The notes under the pieces were generated by a model. That model did not search any database and had not been told where the DNA came from. It saw nothing but the letters and a program-made list of their open reading frames with translations. A stretch of DNA of 64,000 bases, from contig OX597841.1 of assembly GCA_951406725.2 (NCBI GenBank), positions 1,612,001 to 1,676,000 on the forward strand, in the 5' to 3' direction. This document shows, one piece after another, positions 15,024-29,355 of the stretch. The stretch is from Octopus vulgaris (Eukaryota). Both the position numbers and the translations under genes were made by a program. Position 1 is the stretch's first letter. The number at the start of each line of letters is the position of its first letter.

Positions 15024-15360
15024 CATACACACATACATACATACATACATACATACATACATACATACATACATACATACATACATACATACACATACAT
15101 ACATACATACATACATACATACATACATACATACATACATACATACATACATACATACATACATACAAAGAGATAGAAAATGAATGAGAAACGAAATTTC
15201 GGTTGGAATGGTTATTGCGGTAATTTTATTTAGAAGCAACAGAGGACTTATGCTAAATACATACATACTGCAACAAGAATGCCAATAGTCTCGAGTGGAT
15301 AACCGGGATTGGTTTGTTTTATACATACATACATACATACAGCAGCAGCAGCAATAGTTA

Positions 15361-15408
<48 letters not shown>

Positions 15409-15409
15409 C

Positions 15410-15450
<41 letters not shown>

Positions 15451-15499
15451 TAGTAGCAGCAGTTATAGTAGTAGTAGAATTAGTGGTAACAGCAGCAGC

Positions 15500-15530
<31 letters not shown>

Positions 15531-15739
15531 CTGGTGGTAGTAGTAGTAGAAGAATTAGTAGTAACAGCAGCAGCAGCAACAGCAGCAGCAGCAGTAGTAG
15601 TAGTAGTAGTAGTAGTAGCAGCAGCAGTAGTAGTAGTAGTAGTAGTAGCAGCAGTAGTAGTAGTAGCAGCAGCAGCAGTAGTAGTAGTAGTAGTAGCAGC
15701 AGTAGTAGTAGCAGCAGCAGTAGTAGTAGTAGTAGCAGC

Positions 15740-15813
<74 letters not shown>

Positions 15814-15877
15814 TAGCAGCAGCAGCAGTAGTAGTAGTAGTAGTAGCAGTAGTAGTAGTAGTAGTAGTAGCAGCAGC

Positions 15878-15936
<59 letters not shown>

Positions 15937-15940
15937 CAGC

Positions 15941-15976
<36 letters not shown>

Positions 15977-16457
15977 TGTAGTAGTAGCAACAGCAGGATT
16001 TGAACTCACAACGTAACGGCAGACGAAGTACGGCTAAGCATTTCCTCCCGCGTGCCGACATACATACATACATACATTGATTAGGCGGGGGGCGGGGGAA
16101 AGCTATACATACATACATACATACATACATACATACATACATACATACATACATACATACATACATACATACACACACACATACATACATACATACATAC
16201 ATACATACATACACATGCATACATACATACATACATACATACATACATACATACATACATAAATACACATACATACATACATACATACATACATACATAC
16301 ATACACACATACATACATACATACATACATACATACATACATACATACATAGTTACATGGAGTTTTGCTTGTTTATATTTGTCCATCGATACATACATAC
16401 ATACATACATACATACATACATACATACATACATACATACATACATACATACATACA

Positions 16458-16491
<34 letters not shown>

Positions 16492-16501
16492 CATACATAC
16501 A

Positions 16502-16535
<34 letters not shown>

Positions 16536-17180
16536 CATACACACATACATACATACATACATACATACATACATACATACATACATACATACATACATAC
16601 ATACATACATACATACATACATACATACATACATACATACATACATACATACATACATACATACATACATACATACATACATACATACATACATACATAC
16701 ATACATACATACATACATACATACATACATACATACATACATACATACATAATAATTATCTCTCTATATATAAAGCTGAAGTTGTCTGTGTATGGCAGGT
16801 TTGGTAACCTTCAACCAACACTATCTCCCCCGAGACCCTTACATACATACATACATACATACGTAGAAGAAAAAATTCATTTCTGACCATGTTAACACCA
16901 AAAATTATTTACATCAAAAAGGTGCTTTTTTTCTATGAAAATCCCTTTTTTTTTGCGATTTTTTTACTGCTGTGTTGCCATTTTTCGGTGCATACATACA
17001 TACATACATACATACATACATACATACATACATACATACATACATACATACATACATACATACATACATACATACATACATACATACATACATACATACA
17101 TACATACATACATACATACATACATACATACATACATACATACATACATACATACATACATACATACATACATACATACA

Positions 17181-17212
<32 letters not shown>

Positions 17213-17214
17213 CA

Positions 17215-17246
<32 letters not shown>

Positions 17247-17724
17247 CATACATACATACATACATACATACATACATACATACATACATACATACATACA
17301 TACATACATACATACATACATACATACATACATACATACATACATACATACATACATACATACATACATACATACATACATACATACATACATACATACA
17401 TACATACATACATACATACATACATACATACATACATACATACATACATACATACATACATACATACATACATACATACATACATACATACATACATACA
17501 TACATACATACATACATACATACATACATACATACATACATACATACATACATACATACATACATACATACATACATACATACATACATACATACATACA
17601 TACATACATACATACATACATACATACATACATACATACATACATACATACATACATACATACATACATACATACATACATACATACATACATACATACA
17701 TACATACATACATACATACATACA

Positions 17725-17758
<34 letters not shown>

Positions 17759-17849
17759 CATACATACATACATACATACATACATACATACATACATACA
17801 TACATACATACATACATACATACATACATACATACATACATACATACAT
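13128..17849. repeat. Very long (ACAT)n arrays (13128-15165, 16105-16750, 16991-17849) with an (AGT/AGC)n block at 15340-15990
   Basis: Direct inspection. Confidence 0.95.
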
Positions 17850-19411
17850 CAATGCCGGGCGATACTGCTAGTGTTATATAAGTTAATAACAACTGGTTCT
17901 GCCATCTCACCGTCTAAATTGCTTGTCTTGTAACATAGGCATGGAATCCATAAAAAAAGTGTTCCATGGCTAAATATATTTTGGGTAACGCTGCTCTTTT
18001 CAGGTTTTCGTGAGAGAACCAGTTTGCAAGGGTTGTATTTTTATAAACTGTCAGATGAATAAAAGAAATACTTACCAAGTTGCCAGTTGGTTTTCGTAGT
18101 TGTTTGAGAGTAGAGGATTGTAGGGAAATGGTTTGATATCTCCCAATCACATACACAAAAAACTTCATTGATAGTTAACCAACCAAAGTCATTTGGACAA
18201 CCGTTATGCAGGTTTGAAACATAAAATCGACGTTTTTGGCTGTTTGGGGTGAAGGAAAATACAGACCATTTTCAGTCATTGGTGTTATTAATCTACACTA
18301 TTAGAATTACTAAGTAGTTAAGAATTAAGTACTGAATTTCAATAAACTTACAAGGCTTTCCCGACCACTTTTATCTATTCTTCAACTGCTTTGTGTCTCA
18401 AAACTGGAGCAAAAATATAGCCTTATAATTTATACTTATGCAGACACAAATACTCACGAATACGCATGTATTTATTAGGAATTAATGATATAAAGATGAA
18501 AACAGTGAGGTGGGGGATAAATATAAATCTTACGATGAAATGATTGGGAGGTCTAACGTTTCGGATGCCAGTCCTTCATCAGAGGAAAGATAGGAAAAAA
18601 TGAAAGAAGAAACTACGCTCATACATACAGGCATACCAGAGTATATGCATACATATGTGTGTGTGTGCATGTGTGTGTATACATCCATATATGCATGAAT
18701 GCATGCATACATACATACATACATACATACATACATACATACATACATACATACATACATACATACATAATACATACATACATACATACATACATACATA
18801 CATACATACATACAAACATACATACATACATACGTACGTACATACACACACACATACATACATACATACATACATACATACATACATACATAAATACATA
18901 CGTACATACACACACACACATACATACGTACATACATACATACATACATACATACATACATACATACATACATACATACATAAATATATACGTACATACA
19001 CACACACATACATACAGACATACATACGTACATGCACACACACACACACACATACATACATACATACATACATAGAAAGAAGCATGCGTACTTATATACA
19101 AACAGACCGATAGAGGAACAGACAGATAATAGATACATACGAGATAGCTATTTATTCAAATATTAAATTCCAAAGTACGACATAAAATATTCCCAAATCA
19201 TTCAATCTATGGTAATAATATCGATTTGTAATGTAGGCACAATGTCAGAAACTTAGCATAGAGGTTACATGGAGTTTTGCTTGTTTATATTTGTCCATCG
19301 ATCCCCATATTATGATAAAATAGAAAAGGATTCAAACTTAGCATGCACTGATAATTGTCCCCTTATTTACTATTTTTCCCTCCTAATATTTTCGTTGCTT
19401 CTTGCAACCTC

Positions 19412-19687
19412 TTCCTTCGAGACCCTGCGGATCAAGTTGACCAAAATCGAGAGTATGATAGAAGAAGACTTGCTCTTCCTTCCGTAGAAGAAAAAAATTC
19501 AACCATGTTATTGAAAAAGTTGCAAGAAGCAACGAAAATTTTAGGAAAGAAAAATAATGTATTTCAACCAGAAAAATGTTCGCTTAAAGAGAATAACAAG
19601 CTACATAATGCAATATTTTTACTTTTCAAAAATTCCAATTCTAAAGGGTCGAAACAAACCCGAGCAATGCCGGGCGATACTGCTAGT
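19412..19687 (-). mobile_element. Related Helentron-like subfamily fragment; other pieces at 16757-16840 and 982-1140
   Basis: Shares the terminus GCCGGGCGATACTGCTAGT; internal part matches 1045-1130. Confidence 0.5.
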
Positions 19688-19979
19688 GTTATATAAGTTA
19701 ATAACAACTTACAAAGCTCCAGTGATTGAGAAATAATTGGTTTTGACTGGTACTAGATCGTTCCATGGAGAACATACGTACTTACATACAATACATATAG
19801 TCCATCAAAGACCATCGTTACTTTTGCTGTTTCGTTTTTGTATAGCACAAGTTTTACCTGAATAAAAGACAATTTACATATACATGCATGCATGCATACA
19901 TACATACATACATACATACATACATACATACATACATACATACATACATACATACATACATACATACATACATACATAC

Positions 19980-20043
19980 ACACACACACAAACACACACA
20001 CACACACACAAACACAAACACACACACACACAAAACACTAACA

Positions 20044-20085
<42 letters not shown>

Positions 20086-20088
20086 CAC

Positions 20089-20129
<41 letters not shown>

Positions 20130-20323
20130 AACACTCACACACAAACACACACGCACACACAAACACACACACACAAACACACTAACACTAACACACAAAC
20201 ACACACACACAAACACACTAACACACACACACAAACACACACACACAAACACTAACACTAACACACAAACACACACACACAAACACACAAACACACACAC
20301 ACAAACACACTAACACTAACACA

Positions 20324-20374
<51 letters not shown>

Positions 20375-20588
20375 AAACACACTAACACAAACACACAAAC
20401 ACACACACACAAACACACACACAAACTAACACTCACACACAAACACACTAACACACACACAAACACACACGCACAAAAACGCACACACACAAGCACACTA
20501 ACACTAACACACAAACACACACACACAAACACACAAACACACTAACACTAACACACACACACACACACACAAACACACAAACACACAA

Positions 20589-20629
<41 letters not shown>

Positions 20630-20803
20630 AACACACAAACACACTAACACTAACACACAAGCACACACACACAAACACACAAACACACACGCACAAACAC
20701 AAACACACACACACAAACACACACACACAAACACACAAACACACTAACACAAACACACAAACACACAAACACACTAACACACTAACACACTAACACTAAA
20801 CAC

Positions 20804-20842
<39 letters not shown>

Positions 20843-21685
20843 AACACACACAAACACACAAACACACTAACACTAACACACAAACACACAAACACACTAA
20901 CACTCACACACAAACACACTAACACTAACACACACAAACACACACACACAAACACACACACAAACACACTAACACTAACACACACACACACACAAACACA
21001 CAAACACACTAACACACTAACACACTAACACACTAACACTAACACACAAACACACACACACAAACACACAAACACACTAACACACACAAACACACACACA
21101 CAAACACACTACACATAGAGGGGACAAACAAGGACAGACAAACGGATTAAGACGATTACATCGACCCTAACACATTAACTGGTACTTAATTTATCGACCC
21201 CGAAAGGATGAAAGGCAAAGTCGACCTCGGCGGAATTCGAACTCAGAACGTAACGGCAGACAAAATATGGCTACGCATTTCGCCCGGCGTGCTAACGATT
21301 CTGCCAGCTCGCCGTATACATACATACATACATACATACATACATACATACATACATACACACACACGCACGCACACACACACATGTTGTTGTTTCTGAG
21401 GAGAGTAATTCTGTTTCAATGCCTTATCAAGTAACATACTAACCGCAAACACACAAACACACAAACACACACACACAAACACACAAACACACAACACACA
21501 CACACTGACCCTGTCCGTTAACGCAGATCACACACACAAACATACACACTCAAACACACACACACAACACACAAACACTCACACACAAGCACACACACAA
21601 ACACACTAACACACACAAACACACACACAAACACACAAACACACTACACACACACAAACATACACACACAAACACACACACAAAC

Positions 21686-21716
<31 letters not shown>

Positions 21717-21864
21717 AACACAGTGGAAATTGAACCGGTGAGTGTGTTAATGAATAAGGCATTAAAACAGAATGACTCTCCCCAGACACAACAAAATATG
21801 CTTCAACACACGAATTCATATAAAGAATCTTGCAAACCAAATACAAAAACAAAAACGAAATTTG

Positions 21865-21934
<70 letters not shown>

Positions 21935-22207
21935 AATAAATGGTGGGGTTGTGTTGACCTGCTCAATTGGAAGATGGTTCCAGATATCAAGTATTGGATG
22001 CCGGAAGAAATTCGGACAATAGATACCACTGCATTTGTCCACATTCCAAGTTGAAGGACTTCCTATATTGAGGAAGGAATTATAGATCAACGAATTTGCT
22101 CCCATTGATATGGCATAAGTTTTAATCACACACAAGCACACTAACACAAACACACTAGCACACACAAACACACACACACTAACACACACACAACACACAC
22201 AAACACA

Positions 22208-22276
<69 letters not shown>

Positions 22277-22460
22277 ACACACACACACTAACACACACAA
22301 ACACACACAAACACACACAAACACACTAACACTAACACACACACAAACACACACACACACACAAACACACAAACACACACGCACAAACACACTAACACTA
22401 ATACACAACACACACACACACACAAACACACAGTCACATGCTCACATTCACACACAAACT
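19980..22460. repeat. Degenerate (CA)n/ACACTA/ACAAAC satellite (also 25365-25938 and 26855-27015)
   Basis: Direct inspection. Confidence 0.9.
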
Positions 22461-22461
22461 G

Positions 22462-22555
<94 letters not shown>

Positions 22556-22557
<2 letters not shown>

Positions 22558-24378
22558 CAAAAGAGGGACTCATGAAAACCAAAGACATCCCCATTAGAAG
22601 AGGAATATTCCAGGGAGACACTCTCTCTCCACTCCTTTTCTGCTTGGCACTGTCACCTCTATCTGATATGCTAAATAGAACTGGATGCGGATATAAATGT
22701 TACGGCAAAACGATCAACCACCTTTTATATATGGATGACCTAAAACTATACGCTGCAAATGACAAACAGCTGGAAACACTATTAAAGACAGTTCATGGAT
22801 TTACCAAAGAAATAGATATGAAATTTGGATTAGAAAAATGCGCCAAAGTAACCATGAAAAGAGCAAAACTAGTTAAGAGTAACAACATCACACTAGATAA
22901 AACCAATGAAATAAAAGAATTAGACCAAAGCCAAACTTACAAATACTTAGGAATCCATGAACTAGATAAGACACAACACACACAAATGAAAGAGAAAATA
23001 AAAAAAGAATATTATAGACGAGTTAGATCAATACTAAACACAGAGCTCAATGCTAAAAACAAGATAATAGGTATCAACACTTTAGCTGTCCCAGTTATAA
23101 GTTACAGCTACAATATCCTTAACTGGACACGAAATGAACTGACCAAAATAGATAGGAAAACAAGAAAAATAATGACAGGATCTAGGATGCATCACCCAAA
23201 ATCTGACATAGAAAGACTATATATACAACGTATAGAAGGTGGTAGAGGTCTTATACAGCTGGAAAACTACTATAAAATAACCACCATAGGACTGCAAAAA
23301 TATCTACTTCAGAAGGAAGGAAAACTGATCCAGATAGCGGCAAAACACGAGCAAAACAAAAAACTGTTCTCAGTATTTAAGGAAGCTGACAAATACAAAC
23401 AAGAAATCATACCACCTAATAAACATGAAGAAGAAGAAGATGAAGAAACAACAAAAGCTATAAAACAAATGAAATCCAAACTAAAAATAGAACAGCAACG
23501 AACCATGATAAAACGATGGCAAGAAAAGCCCCTTCATGGTAAATACTGGACTAAACTAAACGCAAAAGAAATAGACAAAGAAAAATCCCAGCAATGGTTG
23601 AGAAGCTCAGGACTCAAAGCAGAAACAGAGGGATTTTTAATTGCAGCACAAGACCAAAGCCTCCCCACCAGAAATTACCAAAAACATGTAATGAAAAGAA
23701 ATATTACAAGTAACTGCAGAATATGTGGAGATGGACAAGAAACAATAAATCATATTATCTCTAGCTGCCCAGTCTTGGCTAAGAAGGAATATATTTACAG
23801 ACATGACAGAGTTGGAACCTACATACATTGGAAGCTATGCCAACATTATGGAATAACAACAGAAAAAAGATGGTATAGGCACACACCAGAAAAGGTCACA
23901 GAAAACGAGAAAGCAACCATACTCTGGGATATGCCGATACACACAGATAGAGAAATTAAGGCCAACAGACCAGATATAGTTGTCAGAGATCATGAAGAAA
24001 AAAAATGCTTTCTAATAGATGTATCAATACCGGCTGATGACAACGTGTCTCTAAAAGAAATGGAGAAACTCTCAAAATACAAAGACCTGGAAATAGAGGT
24101 AACTAGAATGTGGAATCTGAAAACAGAAACAATTCCTATCATAGTATGTGCATTAGGCATGATAAAAAAATATTCAGACAAATACATAACAAAAACACCA
24201 GGACTTACAAACACATATAACATACAGAAAATTGCACTACTAGGCACTGCACACATCCTACGCAGAACACTTTCCATACAATAACCATCAGAGCATCACA
24301 ACAAATCACAGCACATACCCAAGGCACACAGAGCTGTGCTCGGTAGTGAAGTGAAAGCACGCTATAAAAATAAAACTA

Positions 24379-24381
<3 letters not shown>
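22556..24381 (+). mobile_element. R4/Dong-like non-LTR element inserted in (AAT)n, antisense in an intron of paralog B
   Basis: ORF plus ~100 nt 3' UTR, bounded on both sides by (AAT)n. Confidence 0.85.
22572..24284 (+). CDS. Retrotransposon ORF, 5'-truncated: C-terminal RT + CCHC knuckle + restriction-like endonuclease (R4/Dong-like)
   Basis: 570 aa with RGIFQGDTLSP and YMDD (RT), CRIC..HI..C, RHD, RPDIV..D and EKLSKY (RLE). Confidence 0.92.
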   Translation: MKTKDIPIRRGIFQGDTLSPLLFCLALSPLSDMLNRTGCGYKCYGKTINHLLYMDDLKLYAANDKQLETLLKTVHGFTKEIDMKFGLEKCAKVTMKRAKLVKSNNITLDKTNEIKELDQSQTYKYLGIHELDKTQHTQMKEKIKKEYYRRVRSILNTELNAKNKIIGINTLAVPVISYSYNILNWTRNELTKIDRKTRKIMTGSRMHHPKSDIERLYIQRIEGGRGLIQLENYYKITTIGLQKYLLQKEGKLIQIAAKHEQNKKLFSVFKEADKYKQEIIPPNKHEEEEDEETTKAIKQMKSKLKIEQQRTMIKRWQEKPLHGKYWTKLNAKEIDKEKSQQWLRSSGLKAETEGFLIAAQDQSLPTRNYQKHVMKRNITSNCRICGDGQETINHIISSCPVLAKKEYIYRHDRVGTYIHWKLCQHYGITTEKRWYRHTPEKVTENEKATILWDMPIHTDREIKANRPDIVVRDHEEKKCFLIDVSIPADDNVSLKEMEKLSKYKDLEIEVTRMWNLKTETIPIIVCALGMIKKYSDKYITKTPGLTNTYNIQKIALLGTAHILRRTLSIQ

Positions 24382-24452
<71 letters not shown>

Positions 24453-24904
24453 CAACAACAACGATGATGATGATGATGATGATGATGATGACGATGATAA
24501 CTCACTTACTTCTGTAGTAGGAAATCTCGTTGGTGTCACTCGTGCTGACGGCTTCCATTATATCTTTCGGTGAGTAATTCTTACAAACACGGCTGACTTT
24601 GTTGTAAGTAAAGAATTCTGATTGGCTGTTTAGAGCATAGAAGGCACATTCCTGTAGACTTGATACGGTGGGGAAGTGTTCTGTTGGAGATGTCCCAATA
24701 TAACCATAGGAATAACCAGTTTCCAAAGGTTTGTAGTAAGCTTCATCAAATTCTTGATTCGAGGTAACGGTCAGAATTGTTGCAAGGGTTAATATCAGCG
24801 TTGTAGTCATGGCTGGACTAATAGAAGGAAACCGGTAAATCCTGAGCCTAGAATCAGCAGAGAGATATACGTACTTACATACAATACATATAAACTCTAC
24901 TATA

Positions 24905-24953
<49 letters not shown>

Positions 24954-24957
24954 TATA

Positions 24958-25204
24958 TATTGGGTTGTCCGCAAAGTTCGTGCTGATTCTTAAAGGAAAG
25001 AAAAAGGTCAATAAATACTTGCCATTACATTTTTAATCAGCCAAATATGAACCATTTTGTTGCATATAAAGCTTCTTGTTGAACATAAACTCTGCTCTAA
25101 ATGGAGGTGTAGTCAAATCCTATTTTATGGACTCAACCATGTTCTAAAATAAGTCGAAAGGTAAGCTACTTTAAATCGGCACAAACTTTCCGGACAACCC
25201 AATA
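24958..25204. mobile_element. Mariner-type MITE with ~30-bp terminal inverted repeats
   Basis: TATTGGGTTGTCCGCAAAGTTCGTGCTGATT ... AATCGGCACAAACTTTCCGGACAACCCAATA, in TA context. Confidence 0.75.
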
Positions 25205-27707
25205 TATATGTATGTATGCCTGAGTATATGTGAGATAATAGTTTCATTTTAATAAAAGTTTCACTTTAATAGTTTCAGTATCAATAGTGAAACTATCAAA
25301 GTGAAAGTAGAGAGATGTTATTGTTTCACTTTTGACACGTGATACTGAAATAGTGGAAGATACAAACACAAATACAAATACACTAACACTAACAAAACAC
25401 ACTAACACACACGCAACACACACACACACAACACACACACACTCACACACAAACACACTAGCACAAACACAAACACACACACACAAACACTAACACTCAA
25501 ACACACACAAACACACAAACACACTAACACAAACACACAAACACACTAACACAAACACACACACACAAACACACACACACTAACACTCACACACAAACAC
25601 ACAAACACACAAACACACACACAAACACTAACACACAAACACACACACACAAACACAGCACACACACACACAAACACACTAACACTCACACACAAACACA
25701 CACACACAAACACACAAACATACTAACACTCACACACAAACGCACAAACACACAAACACACGCACACAAACACACTAACACTAACACAAACACACACACA
25801 CAAACACACAAACACACTAACACTAACACACAAGCACACACACACAAACACACAAACACACACACGCACAAACACAAACACACACACACAAACACACACA
25901 CACAAACACACAAACACACACTAACACTCACACACAAACGCTGAACGCGCAGACACGCGCACAGACGCGCTGTTGCCTAACGCGCAGACGCACGCAGACG
26001 CACAGACGCGCTGACGCCAGCGCAGGCGCGCACGCAAGACGCGCAGACGCGCTGACGCTGGCGCGCTGTGCGCTGACGCTGGCTGCGCAGGCGCACGCAC
26101 AGACACTGGAGCCGCTGGCGCGCACAGACGCGCACGCAGACGCGCAGACGCGCCTGACGCTGGCGCACACAGCAGCAGTTGCTGGCGCTGACGCGCTGGC
26201 AGCAGACACGCAGACGCGCACGCGCTGGCGCTGTTGCTGGTGCGCTGACGCGCTCGCGCTGAGCACGCAGACGCGCAAGACGCGCTGACGCGCGCAGACA
26301 CGCGCACGGACGCTGGACGCGCTGGCGCTGTTGCGCTGACGCACGCGCAGACCGCGCCCCTGACGCTGGCGCTGGACGCGCGCTGGACGCGCAGACGTGG
26401 CTGAGCGCGCTGACGCTGAGCACTGGACGCGCAGACCCGCTGGCGCACCAGACGCGCGCGCAGACGCGCTGGCGCTGGCGCGTTGACGCTATCACTGGAC
26501 GCACGCACTGGAGCCGCACAGACACACGCGCACGCCTGGACGCACAGACGCGCAGGCCGCGCACGCAGACGCGCTGGCGCGCACAGACGCACTGGACGCG
26601 CAGACGCACAGACGCGCGCCTGGACGTGCGCGTCGAGGCCCGCGCGCACAAGGGCCGCTCCGCACTGGGCCGCGCTGGCGCAGACGCGCTGGCGCACTGA
26701 ACCCGCACGCACACAAATGCACACTGGGCCTGAGCCATCACTGGGCACGCTGACACGCTAGGACACGCACGCACTGGCACTGGACACTGAGCCGCACACA
26801 GACACACACACACAGACAGACACGCTATTGCCTGAGCCTGCACACCTAGACACGCTAACACTCACACACAAACACACAACACACACAAAGCACACACAAA
26901 CACACTAACACTAACACACACACAAACACACACACACACACAAACACACAAACACACACGCACAAACACACTAACACTAATACACAAACACACACACACA
27001 CACAAACACACATGCTCACGTTAGGAATGTCCACTCTCACTGTCTTTCTTTCTGTCTACCCACAAGGGGCCTAAACACTGAGGGGACAAAAACGGCATTT
27101 GTGTATATGTATGTGTATGTGTGTATATGTGTGTAGTATATATATTTCCTTATTGCCCACAAGGGGCTAAACATAGAGAGGACAAACAAGGACAGACCAA
27201 GGGAGTAAGTCGATTATATCGACCCCAGTGCGTAACTGGTACTTATTTAGTCGACCCCGAAAGGATGAAAGGCAAAGTCGGGAAGTACATAGCAAGCATG
27301 TTGCGAGTGAAAGAACCTGTTTAAACGAGAATGTAAAAAAGGAGAAAGCAAAGTCTTCAGTGTGAGTTTGTGGTTTGTGGGGTCAACCGCGTCCTCTGCT
27401 TCATTTTTTGTTAATCACTCATTCTCATTTAATTGTATATATTTTAATTGTTTCGTCTCATTCGATACCCTGACCCCCACTCTCTCTCTCTCTCTCTTTA
27501 CTTGTTTCAGTCATTTGACTGCGGCCATGCTGGAGCACCGCCTTTAGTCGAGCAAATCGACCCCGGGACTTATTCTTTGTAAGCCCAGTATTTATTCTAT
27601 CGGACTCTTTTGCCGGACCGCTAAGTGACTTGGACATAAACACACCAGCATCGGTTGTCAAGCAATGCTAGGAGGACAAACACAGACACACAGACATACA
27701 CGCACAC

Positions 27708-27743
<36 letters not shown>

Positions 27744-27922
27744 TCTTTTCAGTTTCCGTCTACCAAATCCACTCACAAGGCTTTGGTCGGCCCGAGGCTA
27801 TAGTAGAAGACAGTTGCCCAAGATGCCACGAAGTGGGACTGAACCCGGAACCATGTGGTTGGTAAGCAAGCTACTTACCACAGGGCCCCCTCTTTTTCTC
27901 AACATTATGGTGAATAAAGAAA

Positions 27923-27981
<59 letters not shown>

Positions 27982-28130
27982 CTATGCATGCATGTACACA
28001 CACACACACCTATGCATGCATGTACACACACACACACACACACATACAAACACGCGCGCGCACCCACACGCCCGTATGCACATACACACACACAAAGCAA
28101 CAAGCTGACGCTTATAAAACAGTATCTTAC

Positions 28131-28490
28131 CTTTGTAGTGGATAGAAGGAGCCCTAATGCTCTCAGTGGTCACAATTCTGACCGTTACCTCAGATCAGAA
28201 CCACTAATGCTTACTGCTGGGGCGACTGTCCTCTTTTATTGGTAATGTCCGAGAGTACCAAAAATGACCACACACACCAATATTATGCACCGCTTCCAAA
28301 ACTACAACAGAGGCCTGCGCGGTCTCAGGATATCAACACAAGGATTCGATTCTCGGACCGTCCGATTATGACAGCTATGTCCACTGTTATGTCTAATGTC
28401 CAATGAAATAAAAACTGTCCACAAAGGTTAGTAAAGGCAACAGATATTGATACTTTTCATGCCAATGATTGTCCACGTATCATTTCTCGA
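28131..28490 (-). other. Putative 5' leader exon of paralog B; upstream boundary approximate
   Basis: Ends CCACTACAAAG|GTAAGAT. Colinear with the A leader (e.g. AAAACTGTCCACAAA and GTTGTCCAC/ATTGTCCAC on the + strand). Confidence 0.55.
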
Positions 28491-28897
28491 TTGAAACAAA
28501 GATAGGCTAGTTTTATTATGAAGTTATTGTACTAAACACGCTCCAGTAAACACGGTGGGATTGGTAGATAGCCTGATAAGCACGAACGCGTGTAGTGTTG
28601 TTATTGTTGTTATTTGGTGTAGTCGTTGGTGGTGACACTTGAAACTGTCGGTGGTTCATGATTATCAGTTTTAGTAAAGAAACTAACACACGCATGCACA
28701 CACACACACACACACACGCACACACGCACACACTTCCCCCTCTCTCTCTATCTATTACATCGACCCCAGTGCATAACTGGTACTTAATTTATCGACCCCG
28801 AAAGGATGAAAGGCAAAGTCGACCTCGGCGGAATTTGAACTCAGAACGTAACGGCAGACGAAATACCCATTTCTTTATTATCCTATACGAAACAACA

Positions 28898-28939
<42 letters not shown>

Positions 28940-29302
28940 GAGGGGACAAACAAGGACAGACATAGGTATTAAGTCGATTATATCGACCCCGGTGCGCAAC
29001 TGGTACTTATTTAATCGACCTCGAAATGATGAGGCGTAAAGAAACCAACACCGGTTGTCACACGATATTGGGGACAAAGAGAGATGCAAGGACACACACA
29101 CACACACACACGACGGGCTTCTTTGGGTTTCCGTCTACCAAATCCTCCCTCAAGTCTTTGGTTGGCCCGGGGCTGCAGTGGAAGAGATTCAAGCCAAGTT
29201 TTATGCATAAATAATGCAAGCAGATCTGCACTAATTATCTGTATATTAATTAACTGATCACCTGTAGCTCCATATTTCATGGAAAATAACTTCTGCTATG
29301 AT

Positions 29303-29355
<53 letters not shown>

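Larger units (their letters stand above)
18076..24810 (-). pseudogene. Paralog B, disrupted as assembled (pseudogene or mis-assembly). Exons 24810-24510, ~22127-21959 (acceptor missing), 19857-19713 (-19 nt frameshift), 18239-18076; last exon absent at ~15322
   Basis: Exon 1 [21 protein letters not shown]...[23 protein letters not shown]; the family's first ATG is ATT here. Exon 2 IKTYAISMG...LPIEQ. Exon 4 QKRRFYVSNLHNGCPNDFGWLTINE...NWQL is intact. The 3' UTR homologous to A lies at 15166-15322, but exon 5 is replaced by (ACAT)n. Confidence 0.8.

Noticed and set aside
13030-17933. 300-700 aa YIHT/MYVC ORFs
   Set aside because: Translations of (ACAT)n, which lacks stop codons in all frames.
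25921-26861. Ala/Arg-rich ORFs or a CpG island
   Set aside because: The sequence is a base-converted version of the flanking CA satellite.
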